A DNA stretch of 64,000 nucleotides from an uncultured Chloroflexia bacterium. Lineage in GTDB: Bacteria > Chloroflexota > Chloroflexia > QHBQ01 > JADMIH01. Each line of letters begins with the position of its first letter. Position 1 is the first letter of the stretch. This document shows positions 9,415 through 21,211 of the stretch, piece by piece. The notes beneath the pieces were generated by a model, which was given only the letters and a program-made list of their open reading frames with translations, searched no databases and was not told the origin of the DNA. The stretch spans positions 615,425-679,424 of the forward strand of contig CAWCNY010000005.1 in the NCBI GenBank assembly GCA_963797095.1, in the 5' to 3' direction. A program made the position numbers and the translations under genes.

Positions 9415-11559
9415 TTGATGTTGCCATCGTCCAACAATATATATCCAGAATCGAACACCTCCCAATCGATGGATATGCTCCAGGCGTTGGTATTGGCGAT
9501 CATGGATGCGCCCGACCGACGCTCTGCTTTAGGGGGCATAGTCAAGGAGACTTGTGTTCGAGCGGGCTGGGACTATGGTGAAGCGTGGGTGGTAGAGGCC
9601 GATCAAGAGGGTAATAAAGACCATCTGCGCCTTGCCACAAGCTGGCATACAGGAACGCTTGAGCTCGAGTCGTTTGCCAGCTATAGCAGGAACCTCACAA
9701 TCGAGAGTGACGGGCCGCTGGCCGGGCGTGCCTGGGCAACCCACGCGCCGGTGTGGATCAAGTCGCTTAAGGACGAACCAAAGTTCCGTCGTGGTGCTCT
9801 GGCAAGCCGTGTAGGCCTGGTTGCGGGATTCGCAATGCCGCTCTTCACCGAACAGAGCATGATCACGGTGCTAACTTTCTTCATGACAGCCAGCGAAGAG
9901 AGAGACGAGGAATTCATCAATGCGCTTTCGCAATCGGGTCCGATGCTCGGTGCGTTGATGGAGCGTAAGCCTGATGGGATGGGGGCAGGCACAGGTCTCA
10001 CGGGGCCGGAACTGATAGATGAGAATCTCAGGTTGAGCCAGGCGCTGCTGTCGAACTTAGTCAATTCGGCTATGGACGCGATCATCTCCATAGACGAATC
10101 ACAACGCATCACCCTGTTTAATCGGGCAGCCGAACAGATGTTCAGATGCTCGGCGGAAGAGGCAATCGGCCAAAGCCTCGACCGTTTCATCCCTGCGCGG
10201 CTTCAAGAGGCGCACCGTGATCTTGTGGCAGAGTTCGGTGAAACAGAGTCGGTAGCGGGGCTACGTCCGCATAGACCTGTTGTGGGGCTGCGGGCCACCG
10301 GCGAAGAGTTCCCGCTCGAATCGTCTGTTTCGCACACTACAGTCGGGGGACGGAAAGTGTTCACTGCCATACTGCGGGACATCACGGAGCGGCAGCGCAC
10401 CGAGGAGGCAAGAAGGGCACAAGTAGCCGCCGAGCAAGCCAATCAGGCAAAGAGCGAGTTCCTATCGCGCATGAGCCATGAACTGCGCACACCTCTCAAC
10501 TCTATTATAGGATTCTCAGATCTGCTCAACATGGAAGGGCTCGCGCCACGCCAGCGCGAGAATGTGGGCTACATTCGGCAGGCCGGGCAGCATCTCCTCC
10601 AGCTTGTCAATGAGGTGCTCGATATCACGAGTATCGAATCGGGCGCGGTCAACTTTTCATTGGAGCCGGTTGAGTTGAACGATGTGATCAATGAGGCGAT
10701 TGACCTGGTGCGCCCTCTGGCTGCCACACGGTTTGTGCAGTTCAGACTTGAGCCGATGCAGCCCGATCTCTACGTGCAAGCTGATCGTCAGCGGCTGAAG
10801 CAGATTCTACTCAACCTCCTGTCAAACGCTGTTAAGTATAATGTGGAGAGCGGCCTGGTCACGCTCACGGTGGATGCAGACGATGATGGTCCAATAGGGG
10901 TCAGTGTTTCGGATACGGGCATGGGAATCGACCCTGGGAAGATGAGCAAGCTGTTCATGCCTTTCGAGCGATTGGGGGCCGAACGGCTCGGCGCGGAAGG
11001 CACAGGACTGGGGTTAGCGCTCGTCAAACACCTGGTTGAGGCCATGAACGGCACTATTGGAGTGGAGAGCACGCCCGGCAAGGGAAGCACCTTTTGGGTT
11101 GAGCTGCCGCGCACGCAGGCGCAAGTAATGCCTCTGCGGAAACTTGGTACTGCGCCTATCGACACGTCCAGTCTTCCTGGTTACACATCGACCATATTGT
11201 ATGTGGAAGATAATCTGTCGAATATCAGATTGGTAGAGCGTATTCTTGAGCACCGGCAAGGTATCAGGTTGTTGAGTTCTATGCAAGGGAGGCTTGCGCT
11301 CGACATTGCTCGCGATCACAAGCCCGATGTGATTCTGCTTGACCTGCATTTACCCGATATTACGGGCCAGGATGTACTGCAAGCTCTCAAGAGCGACGCT
11401 ACAACACATGACATCCCGGTCGTGATTATAAGCGCCGACGCCACACAGGGCACACTCGAACGCCTTATTGCAGCGGGAGCGCACAGTTATCTCACAAAAC
11501 CTCTGGAAGTCAGACGCTTCCTGCGTGTTCTTGACGAGACGCTAACCTCCACGCGATAG
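9415..11559 (+). CDS. Hybrid sensor histidine kinase (GAF-PAS-HisKA-HATPase-REC), cytoplasmic
   Basis: The H-box is SHELRTPLNSIIGF. The G-box is GTGLGLALVKHL...GKGSTFWVELPR. The C-terminal REC has DLHLPD. No transmembrane segments are evident. Confidence 0.9.
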   Translation: MMLPSSNNIYPESNTSQSMDMLQALVLAIMDAPDRRSALGGIVKETCVRAGWDYGEAWVVEADQEGNKDHLRLATSWHTGTLELESFASYSRNLTIESDGPLAGRAWATHAPVWIKSLKDEPKFRRGALASRVGLVAGFAMPLFTEQSMITVLTFFMTASEERDEEFINALSQSGPMLGALMERKPDGMGAGTGLTGPELIDENLRLSQALLSNLVNSAMDAIISIDESQRITLFNRAAEQMFRCSAEEAIGQSLDRFIPARLQEAHRDLVAEFGETESVAGLRPHRPVVGLRATGEEFPLESSVSHTTVGGRKVFTAILRDITERQRTEEARRAQVAAEQANQAKSEFLSRMSHELRTPLNSIIGFSDLLNMEGLAPRQRENVGYIRQAGQHLLQLVNEVLDITSIESGAVNFSLEPVELNDVINEAIDLVRPLAATRFVQFRLEPMQPDLYVQADRQRLKQILLNLLSNAVKYNVESGLVTLTVDADDDGPIGVSVSDTGMGIDPGKMSKLFMPFERLGAERLGAEGTGLGLALVKHLVEAMNGTIGVESTPGKGSTFWVELPRTQAQVMPLRKLGTAPIDTSSLPGYTSTILYVEDNLSNIRLVERILEHRQGIRLLSSMQGRLALDIARDHKPDVILLDLHLPDITGQDVLQALKSDATTHDIPVVIISADATQGTLERLIAAGAHSYLTKPLEVRRFLRVLDETLTSTR

Positions 11560-11716
11560 CCATCCGAATCCCAGAAAAGTAAGGCGAACCTCTAAGCTGG
11601 CAGCGAACCGTTAATCAGCATTTCAGATTATGAGACGCTTATAGCTTTACATTTCATTAAGAATTGGGTATGATTAGGACCGGGTACTATTGAAGGTATC
11701 AAGGTGAGCATGTCCA

Positions 11717-14371
11717 ATGCGCAGGTCCTTATCGCTCAACAAGCTGTTACTCATCTTCTCTCTACTTCTTGCATTTCCCATAGTGGCCGCACTCGCCTAC
11801 TCTTCCTATGTCGATTGGCAGAATAGTGAGCAAGCAGTTCGCAACGCGAACACGCAGACAGCTAAGATAATCGCCGCTCAGGTTGACGGGTATATTTCAG
11901 ATGCGCGCTTCATGTTGGAGCAGATGGCCGCGCGCCCATCAGTACGCAACCTTGACCCTGGTGAGTGCGACCCCGCGCTGGACGATTTTCTTGCTTTGCA
12001 TACTCAATTCACCACAGTCTTTACGGTTGGCCCGGATGGGCAACTGGTGTGCTCGACGACGCCGCCTGCAAACCGCCCAAGCACCGCTTTCGGGGACAGG
12101 GCATGGTTTCAGGACCTTGTGGCGAATAACGAGTTCGTAATCAGCGAACCCCAGATCGGGAAACTCAGCGGTAAGTGGGTGGCGGTACTGGCAGTGCCCG
12201 TGCATGGGGCAGATAATCGGACGGCAGGCGTAATAGCTTTCTCATTGGATCTTATCCGCTTCCAGGAGCCTTTCGCTACGTCTGTGAGCCTGGAGGACAC
12301 AGTAGTCCGAATCATCAACAACGACGGGACGATTGTTGCATCGAGCGACGCCCCCGAACAATGGGTGGGCAGGAACTTCGCGGATAACACCACGGTGCAA
12401 AGTGTCCTTTCCAGTTTTTCGGGCCAGGATCAGAGCACCGGACTGGACGGTATCGAGCGACTCCAGTCTTACACAACCATAGGGTCGGCAAACTGGCATG
12501 TGTGGGTAGGTGAGCCGGTTGAGACGGCATTTGTGGCAGCGCGAGACAACTCCATCCGAAATGGGGTTATCGCCTTGCTGCTATTGGTGGCGGCGGGGGC
12601 TTTCGCATTTATGGCTGGGCAGGGGATCGTTGGGCCCGTAAACAGGCTGGCGCAGGCAGCGCGTGCTGTTGGGCAAGGCAATCGCGATGTCAGAGCACCG
12701 GTGGAAGGCCCGGCGGAGATAGCGGATATGGCCTTGGCGTTCAATGCAATGCTGGCGGCGCGCAACAGGGTTGAGGAAGACCTGCAGCAGTCTGAAGAGG
12801 TATTCAAGAAGGCATTCCAGGCCAGCCCTGAAGCGCTATTGATCAGGCGGCTCAGCGACAATGCTGTGCTTGATGTGAACCCGGCCTTCGAGGAGGTAAC
12901 AGGCTTTAGCCGAAAGGAAGTGTACGACGAACCCAACGTCTTCTTCGAATTGCTGGCCGGCCCTGACTACCTGGGTGTAGTTCCCAATATGCTGGCATCG
13001 GGCCAGCCTGTTGTGAACTACGAAGTGCAGTTTCGGCATAAATCGGGTGAGATGCGGGATGCCCTGATCACAGCCGAGAATGTGGAGATCAGGGGCGAGC
13101 GCTGCCTGTTGGTGATAGGGCGCGACATCACGGAAATCCGCCAGGCCGAGCGCGCCCGGTTGGCAGTGGAAGCTGCCGAGAGCGCCAACAAAGCCAAGAG
13201 CGAGTTTCTATCGAGTATGAGCCATGAACTGCGCACTCCGCTCAACGCTGTGCTGGGCTTCACCGAGCTTTTGGAGATGGAGAACCCTACGCAAAGGCAG
13301 TACGAGAATCTAGAGCATATACGCAATGCGGGGCAGCACCTTCTAAAGCTGGTTAACGAAGTGCTCGATATGGCACGTATCGAAGCGCAGCAGATCAACC
13401 TCGCTCCCGAACCTGTGCCGGTTAGCGACATTCTCAAGGAATGCGTTGACCTGATCGCCCCAAGCGCCCAAAGAGACAACATAGAGATCAGGGTAGCGTC
13501 GAACGGGCCAGCGAACGACGGAAGTTGGAATGAAGCGGCAGGCAAAGGTAAGGGCCAATCAGCCGAGCAGTGGGTGCTCGCCGACAGGCAGAAGTTGCGG
13601 CAAACGCTACTCAATCTGCTCTCCAACGCGATCAAGTACAACCACGAAGGAGGCTCGGTAACGGTGGGGTCCTCACACGACGGCAACGGATACATCCGCA
13701 TCAGTGTAGCGGACACGGGTGAGGGCATATCGCCGGAGCAGATGAAGAGGTTGTTTGTGCCTTTCGAGCGACTTGAGGCAGGCAGGCGCAACATAGAGGG
13801 TACGGGCCTGGGCCTGGCGCTGTCCAAGCTGTTAGTGGAGGCGATGGCAGGACGTATCGGGGTGGAAAGCGAGCAGGGGAGTGGCTCTACCTTCTGGGTT
13901 GAGCTTCCCAGGGTGGTCCTGCGTGCTCATGATCAGGACAGACCGAGGGATGAAATAGAAGGAAGCAGCATGGACGAGGTAACCCATGAAACTACGACAG
14001 GGAATGTGCTCTATATTGAGGACAATCTATCCAACCTCAAGCTCGTGGAGGGGATATTGCGGCACCGGCCGGGGGTGAAGCTGGCGGCTGCTGTCACAGG
14101 GGGTGAGGGGCTGGAAGCGGCCCGGCAAAGCAAGCCTGACGTGATCCTGCTCGATCTCAATTTGCCGGATATGCATGGTGAAGAGGTATTCAGGCAGTTG
14201 CGGGATGGGGAGACGACAGCGCAGATCCCTGTAGTGATAGTGAGTGCGGATGCCAGCCCTGACCAGATCCGGCACTTAGAATCGCTTGGCGCTTATTCGT
14301 ATGTCACTAAGCCCGTGGATATCCATCGCCTGCTTGGACTGATCGATGATTTGTTGGGAAAGCAATCTTAA
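11717..14371 (+). CDS. Hybrid sensor histidine kinase with a periplasmic Cache-like sensor (TM-Cache-TM-HAMP-PAS-HisKA-HATPase-REC)
   Basis: A signal/transmembrane segment precedes an extracytoplasmic domain of about 250 aa. This is followed by a second transmembrane segment, a HAMP domain, a PAS domain, the H-box SHELRTPLNAVLGF, the ATPase G-boxes, and a C-terminal REC (DLNLPD). The kinase core is paralogous to the upstream kinase. Confidence 0.9.
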   Translation: MRRSLSLNKLLLIFSLLLAFPIVAALAYSSYVDWQNSEQAVRNANTQTAKIIAAQVDGYISDARFMLEQMAARPSVRNLDPGECDPALDDFLALHTQFTTVFTVGPDGQLVCSTTPPANRPSTAFGDRAWFQDLVANNEFVISEPQIGKLSGKWVAVLAVPVHGADNRTAGVIAFSLDLIRFQEPFATSVSLEDTVVRIINNDGTIVASSDAPEQWVGRNFADNTTVQSVLSSFSGQDQSTGLDGIERLQSYTTIGSANWHVWVGEPVETAFVAARDNSIRNGVIALLLLVAAGAFAFMAGQGIVGPVNRLAQAARAVGQGNRDVRAPVEGPAEIADMALAFNAMLAARNRVEEDLQQSEEVFKKAFQASPEALLIRRLSDNAVLDVNPAFEEVTGFSRKEVYDEPNVFFELLAGPDYLGVVPNMLASGQPVVNYEVQFRHKSGEMRDALITAENVEIRGERCLLVIGRDITEIRQAERARLAVEAAESANKAKSEFLSSMSHELRTPLNAVLGFTELLEMENPTQRQYENLEHIRNAGQHLLKLVNEVLDMARIEAQQINLAPEPVPVSDILKECVDLIAPSAQRDNIEIRVASNGPANDGSWNEAAGKGKGQSAEQWVLADRQKLRQTLLNLLSNAIKYNHEGGSVTVGSSHDGNGYIRISVADTGEGISPEQMKRLFVPFERLEAGRRNIEGTGLGLALSKLLVEAMAGRIGVESEQGSGSTFWVELPRVVLRAHDQDRPRDEIEGSSMDEVTHETTTGNVLYIEDNLSNLKLVEGILRHRPGVKLAAAVTGGEGLEAARQSKPDVILLDLNLPDMHGEEVFRQLRDGETTAQIPVVIVSADASPDQIRHLESLGAYSYVTKPVDIHRLLGLIDDLLGKQS

Positions 14372-14514
14372 GTGCCAGGTTAAGCGTTAATGATCTACAC
14401 AAAGAGTAAAGCTCAAAACTACACAGGTACCTACTTCCCAGGGTTAGTGCCAAAGGAAACCGCAGATGGGGATGATATGGAAATGGCACCTGGGTGCGAG
14501 AGGAGTGATGCGCC

Positions 14515-15564
14515 ATGACAACAGCTACCCTCACGACGACGTGGCCGAATGCGCGTATCCTGGTGGTTGATGACCAGCCGGTGAACACTCTCCTCCTTGA
14601 GAATATCTTGAACAGGTATGGGTTCAGGAATGTGCATTCGATCACGGATGCGCGGGACGTGGTGCCTTTGGTGCGTGATCTGAAGCCTGACCTGATATTG
14701 CTCGATCTGTGGATGCCGTACCTGGATGGGTTTGAGGTGCTGGAGAATCTGAGCGATGTGATCGACGGGAGCGAGTTCTTGCCTGTGCTGGTGCTGACGG
14801 CGGATGTGAACCCGGATAGTAAGAGGCGCGCCCTATCGAGCGGTGCGAAGGACTTTTTGAACAAGCCGTTCGACAGCCAGGAAGTGATCCTGCGGGTTAC
14901 GAATTTGCTTGAGACGAGGTGGTTGTATTTGCAGTTGCAGGACCGGAACCGCAATCTGGACGAGCAGGTGCGGAAGCGCACTTATGAGCTGGAAGCGGCG
15001 CAGGTTGAGATGCTGGAGAGGCTGGCGTGGGCGGCTGAGTACCGGGACGACGATACGGGCCGCCATATCCAGCGGGTGGGGAATAATGCGACGATTGTGG
15101 CGGAGGCGCTTGGGCTGGGGGAGCAGTTGACCACGCTTATACAACGGGCTGCGCCTCTGCATGATGTGGGGAAGATCGGGGTGCCGGACAGTATTCTTCT
15201 TAAGCCGGGCAGGCTGACGGCTGAGGAGTTTGATGTGATCAAGAGGCATACGAATATCGGTGCTCGGATCCTGGCGGAGGGGCATTCGGCCCTGGTACGG
15301 ACGGCTGCGAGTATTGCTTTTTCGCACCACGAGCGATGGGACGGGTCGGGGTATCCGGCGCGCGTGACGGCGGAGAGGATTCCGATTGAGGGGCGTATTG
15401 TGGCGGTGGTGGATGCTTTTGATGCTCTTACTCATAAACGTCCTTATAAGGAGCCGTGGCCTATTGAGGATGCCCTTGCGGAGATACGCAGGAATACGGG
15501 GACGCAATTCGATCCTATGATTGCTGAGGCGTTTTTGGATTGTCAGAGGTGTCTTGAGTTGTGA
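14515..15564 (+). CDS. Response regulator with REC plus an HD-GYP phosphodiesterase domain (RpfG-like; c-di-GMP hydrolysis)
   Basis: The REC domain is present (ILVVDDQ...LLDLWMP). The HD domain is present ([11 protein letters not shown]). The [11 protein letters not shown] motif is the HD-GYP signature. Confidence 0.9.
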   Translation: MTTATLTTTWPNARILVVDDQPVNTLLLENILNRYGFRNVHSITDARDVVPLVRDLKPDLILLDLWMPYLDGFEVLENLSDVIDGSEFLPVLVLTADVNPDSKRRALSSGAKDFLNKPFDSQEVILRVTNLLETRWLYLQLQDRNRNLDEQVRKRTYELEAAQVEMLERLAWAAEYRDDDTGRHIQRVGNNATIVAEALGLGEQLTTLIQRAAPLHDVGKIGVPDSILLKPGRLTAEEFDVIKRHTNIGARILAEGHSALVRTAASIAFSHHERWDGSGYPARVTAERIPIEGRIVAVVDAFDALTHKRPYKEPWPIEDALAEIRRNTGTQFDPMIAEAFLDCQRCLEL

Positions 15565-15625
15565 CGAGTGACGAGTAGCGAGTAGCGAGTGGCGAGTGGC
15601 GAGTGACGAGTGGTGAGGTAGGACT
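15563..15625. repeat. Heptanucleotide tandem repeat array (GAGTGAC/GAGTAGC/GAGTGGC, ~8 units)
   Basis: The run is cgagtgacgagtgacgagtagcgagtagcgagtggcgagtggcgagtgacgagtgg. It begins directly at the stop codon of the HD-GYP gene. Confidence 0.9.
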
Positions 15626-15729
15626 ATGTTCTGGGCTTGACGGCACTTTTGGGCCATTGATGATATCGATCCTCGGCGACTATGATGGTTGTCGGGGATT
15701 TCTTTTGGCTTGCGATTTGGAAGGATGGT

Positions 15730-16398
15730 ATGCAGCCACTGAAACAGCAAGCACCGTTTCGACTTGGACACAGGCCCGCGCTGGATGGGTTGCGCGGGAT
15801 ATTTGTGCTTACAGTGGTGGCTCTGCACGCCGGGATACCGTTCATGCAGGGTGGGGGCCTTGGGGTAGATGGCTTCTTTGTGCTGTCGGGGTTCTTGATT
15901 ACCTGTTTGCTTTTGCAGGAATGGCAACGCCACGGGGTGATCAGTCTTAATGGTTTCTACGTAAGACGGGCACTTCGGCTGCTGCCTGCCTTTTACAGCG
16001 TACTGGCCGTGATAGGGATAATCACTATGGTGTGCTTGACGGGAGACCTGGCGGTTGATACACAACGGGGATTGCTCCTTTCGTTCTTGTATTGCAGCAA
16101 CTGGTTCACGGTGTTTTTCGGGGAAAATCATGTTGGCCTGGGATTATTACTGCATACATGGTCACTTGGTATTGAGGAGCAGTTCTACCTGGTGTGGCCG
16201 GTGTTGCTGATAGGGTTGCTGAGGCTTCGTCTTCGGGAGATGAGGCTTGTGGCCGTGATTGGGACGCTGGCTGTGGTTGCGTCATTGCGGCGGGTATGGC
16301 TTGTGATGATTGGGACCTCCTTTGCGAGGATGTCGTTTGGGACGGATACGCGAGTGGATGCGTTACTGATTGGGTGTACATGGGGATTGGATGCGTGA
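15730..16398 (+). CDS. Acyltransferase family 3 (OafA/YrhL-like) membrane protein, C-terminally short relative to the family. It may be a pseudogene.
   Basis: The N-terminus is typical of acyltransferase-3 proteins (PALDGLRGIFVLTVVALH...GVDGFFVLSGFLIT...). The ORF ends after about 220 aa and is followed by about 370 bp without a convincing ORF. Confidence 0.45.
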   Translation: MQPLKQQAPFRLGHRPALDGLRGIFVLTVVALHAGIPFMQGGGLGVDGFFVLSGFLITCLLLQEWQRHGVISLNGFYVRRALRLLPAFYSVLAVIGIITMVCLTGDLAVDTQRGLLLSFLYCSNWFTVFFGENHVGLGLLLHTWSLGIEEQFYLVWPVLLIGLLRLRLREMRLVAVIGTLAVVASLRRVWLVMIGTSFARMSFGTDTRVDALLIGCTWGLDA

Positions 16399-16765
16399 TA
16401 TGCACTCGCTGATGTGCAGCAGGTAGAGCCTGGCATCTTTCATAGGGGGATAGCTTCCTGCAATACTCTATCTCGGATGTACCAATGCAGGGCTTTCTCG
16501 GTGACAACATCAACCTTACACCCTGGAAGGTCCTGGAGGTCGAGGAGGAGGCCACTCAGGTCGAGGAGATTGCGGCCAGGGTCAAGTTCTACCAGGATAT
16601 CAACGTCACTTTCGTGGGTGGCGTCGCCCCTGGCAACAGAGCCAAACAGCCGTACATTCGTACATTGCGCGCCCCCTGTTCGTTGGCGAGGCGCAATATG
16701 TCTATCCGTTTGGCTCTGACTTGCTCGGTGATATTCAATTGCTCATCCAGATGATATTCGACGAA

Positions 16766-18700
<1,935 letters not shown>

Positions 18701-18852
18701 TTATCCACAATTTGATGCTAATATCGCTATCAGTAATTATACCATATTTTGGGGGGATTTGCACGTGAATGTAGCACGTGCGTTCTGTTGGCGGTGCCTG
18801 AGGAAGAGCTTGTAGGGGGTGCTTCTTGGTTGGATGGGCATGGTGGAGGCAA

Positions 18853-19035
18853 AGACCCCTCACCCCCGACCCTTCTCCCCGTTCGAACGGGGAGAGGGGA
18901 GAGTAAAAAGAGGAAGTAGAGTTGGGGGACACCCCCCAAACCCCCTGTCAGGGGAGTACCCCTGCACCCCTTTTGGTATGTGGCGGGAATATGATACCTT
19001 ACCCTGGCAGGGAAGTGCCTCTGCACCCACTCTGT
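18853..19035. repeat. Mosaic intergenic repeat element, copy R1 (module A hairpin + module B + a degenerate B)
   Basis: Begins AGACCCCTCACCCCCGACCCTTCTCCCC...GGGGAGAGGGG. This is followed by GAGTTGGGGGACACCCCCCAAACCCCCTGTCAGGGGAGTACCCCTGCACCCC. It lies upstream of gyrB. Confidence 0.85.
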
Positions 19036-19122
19036 GGGTGGAGATAGTAAATCCGCCTTCGGGACGGCCTTGTTGGGGCCGGGGAAGGCGGATTTTGTTG
19101 GGGCTGGTAGTGGGTCAGGGGT

Positions 19123-19899
19123 TTATTGGATTGTGAAGACTAGCACCTGCTCGAGGCCGGTGGAGAGGCCGTGGGCTACGAGGGAGTAGGTGCCATTGGG
19201 TAGGCCGGTGGTGTCGAGGGTGTAGGAGAAGGCACCGGAGTCGTCGGCGGAGGCCATAGCGTTGAGACCGACGACACCGTCTACTGTATCGGAGTTATCC
19301 TGTCCGAGGGAGTTACGGGGGACTGTGACGCCTGAGGGGACGTTAACCCAGAAGCTGATCCATTCGTCAGCTTCGTAGGAAGCGCCTGAGATGGTGATGG
19401 GTGTGCCAGCGGGAACGGCGCTGCTGGAAGCAGAGAGCTGAGTGGCCGGACCGTCCATAATTGTGAAGGTGAGCACCTGATCTTTACCGCTGGTGAGGCC
19501 GTGGGCTACGAGGGAGTAGGTGCCATTGGGTAGGCCGGTGGTGTCGAGGGTGTAGGAGAAGTTGCCATCATCATCGGCTGTGCCCATATCGTTGAGGCCG
19601 ATGACGCCGTCCACTATCTCGGTATTGGATTGGCCGAGGGAGTCGGGGGAGATTATAGTGCCTGAGGGCACGTTGACCCAGACGCCGACCCACTCATCGG
19701 CATCGAAGGAAGAGCCTGAGATGGTGAGAGGGGTGCCAGCGGCAACGGTGGAACCGCTAGCTGATGTTAGCGCTAATGGGGAGAGGAGGGAAGCAGTCAG
19801 GGTTTGCGCAGAGGCTCTTGTACTGCCGAGGAGGGTGGCAGCGAGGGCCAGAGTGAGACCAGGGGCCGCCATCCATTTGAAGTTGATCCTGGTAAACAT
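19123..19899 (-). CDS. Secreted protein made of two tandem ~110-aa repeat domains (hypothetical)
   Basis: An N-terminal signal peptide is present (MFTRINFKWMAAPGLTLALAATLLGSTRASA). Two near-identical domains correspond to a ~330-bp tandem DNA duplication. The upstream in-frame ATG at 19929 is an alternative start. Confidence 0.7.
   Translation of the reverse strand: MFTRINFKWMAAPGLTLALAATLLGSTRASAQTLTASLLSPLALTSASGSTVAAGTPLTISGSSFDADEWVGVWVNVPSGTIISPDSLGQSNTEIVDGVIGLNDMGTADDDGNFSYTLDTTGLPNGTYSLVAHGLTSGKDQVLTFTIMDGPATQLSASSSAVPAGTPITISGASYEADEWISFWVNVPSGVTVPRNSLGQDNSDTVDGVVGLNAMASADDSGAFSYTLDTTGLPNGTYSLVAHGLSTGLEQVLVFTIQ
19165..19825. repeat. Intragenic ~330-bp direct tandem duplication (two copies) within the secreted-protein gene
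   Basis: A 65-bp stretch (gaggccgtgggctacgagggagtaggtgccattgggtaggccggtggtgtcgagggtgtaggagaag) occurs identically at 19165 and 19495. The flanking sequence is also highly similar. Confidence 0.9.
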
Positions 19900-20047
19900 T
19901 TGTGTCTCCTGAAAGTGAAGGTTGACCATAAGGGTCCAGTCGGGTCGTTTCTTGTGTCAACTCCACTTTAATACGCGCACATTAATGACGGGCAGGAGAA
20001 GAATTAAGAGTTGATGAAAGGTTAGCCACCGCATGGCTTGATGGAGT

Positions 20048-21211
20048 CTACTTGTATGAGATCCTGGGATCAACGAGAGTGTAGAGGATATCAACAAGCA
20101 TGTTGGCGAGAGCTACGGCTACGATTAGCATGAGAGTGATGGCGAGAGTGAGAGGAAAGTCGAGGGGGAGGAGGGTCTGGCCGGGAGGGCAGGCAAACTC
20201 TCCTACCAGACTGGTGACGAGACAGCCGCCAAGGGCCTTGTAATAAAGTTGGCCCATGCCGGGATAGCCGAAGACCGATTCGACCATGATAGCTCCGGAG
20301 AGCACGACGGGCATCATGAGGCCAACGGTGGTGATTATGGGGATGAGAGCGTTGCGAAAGATGTGCTTGAGAACGACCCGCTGAAGGCTCAGACCCTTGG
20401 CCCAGGCGGTGCGTATGTAGTCGTGACCCAGCACTTCAAGCATCGAGAAGCGGAGCTGCCTGGAGAGGAGGGCGATCTGGGGTAGGGCAAGAGTAGTGAC
20501 AGGCAGGATGAGATGGTAGAGACGGTCGAAGACATTATTGACGGAGTCGCTGCTAGTGGAGGCGAGAGCGCCGGGGAGGTAGGGGAGCCAATCCCAGCCG
20601 AAGCAATTCCTGAACTGGTAGGGGAGTATGCCGAAGAGGACAGCGAGTATTAGGCCGAGCATAAACGGAGGGATGGAGAAGCCGGTAAAGGTAACGAGGG
20701 TGAGGATATGGTCAAGCCTGGAACCCTGCTTGATCGCAGCGATTATGCCGATAGGAATGGCGACAAGTACGGCAAGAACAAGGGCGAACCCGACCATCAG
20801 GAGTGAATTGAGCCAACGCGAGCCAATTACATCGTTTATGGGTTGAGATGGGATGAAGCGCGCACCAAGAACGCGTTCGGTGACGCCAAAATCGCCCGTG
20901 AGGATGCCGGAGCCTCGAATGTGGAGAGGGCCGATTGTAAAGTCAACGCCTTTGGGGATATTAGTCTGAACGTTGTCATCGTCGAAAACGGTGGAGAACA
21001 TATCGTCGGGGTCGAAGAGCCAGGCGAAAAAGCTGGCGGGCCAGGGTTTGCCGAGACCGTATTGTTGGTTGAGGGCCTGCTTTTCGACTGGGAAGCTCCT
21101 ATTGTACATAGCGGCGGGGCTGCCTGGCATCACATATACAAGGAGCGTGTGATGACTCCGCATGGCGTAAACGCCAGCAGCTTCTACGGTTTTGCACCGA
21201 TGCATACTCAT
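20048..21211 (-). CDS. ABC transporter permease, OppB/DppB-like. The canonical first transmembrane helix is not encoded in frame upstream, so the gene may be disrupted.
   Basis: Conserved OppB regions are present: the periplasmic loop with ...GDFGVT... and the EAA-like loop. The frame opens immediately after a stop codon with no hydrophobic TM1. Confidence 0.65.
   Translation of the reverse strand: MSMHRCKTVEAAGVYAMRSHHTLLVYVMPGSPAAMYNRSFPVEKQALNQQYGLGKPWPASFFAWLFDPDDMFSTVFDDDNVQTNIPKGVDFTIGPLHIRGSGILTGDFGVTERVLGARFIPSQPINDVIGSRWLNSLLMVGFALVLAVLVAIPIGIIAAIKQGSRLDHILTLVTFTGFSIPPFMLGLILAVLFGILPYQFRNCFGWDWLPYLPGALASTSSDSVNNVFDRLYHLILPVTTLALPQIALLSRQLRFSMLEVLGHDYIRTAWAKGLSLQRVVLKHIFRNALIPIITTVGLMMPVVLSGAIMVESVFGYPGMGQLYYKALGGCLVTSLVGEFACPPGQTLLPLDFPLTLAITLMLIVAVALANMLVDILYTLVDPRISYK

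Noticed and set aside
15563-15625. Whether the short tandem repeat arrays are CRISPR arrays
   Set aside because: The period is 7 bp with no spacers, whereas CRISPR repeats are 24-48 bp separated by unique spacers of similar size. No cas genes are present.
16414-16754. ORFs in the gap between the acyltransferase fragment and gyrB (16414-16719, 16485-16754, 16106-16555)
   Set aside because: There are no recognisable motifs, the frames overlap, and the region is compositionally atypical. It is more likely non-coding or a decayed remnant.
18819-19136. ORFs running through the mosaic repeat elements, for example 18819-19136, 28411-28614, 37381-37746 and 33306-33608, encoding peptides such as PLTPGPSPLRGEGS
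   Set aside because: They are read-through of the GC-rich hairpin modules. Their sequences change frame between copies, so they are not coding.
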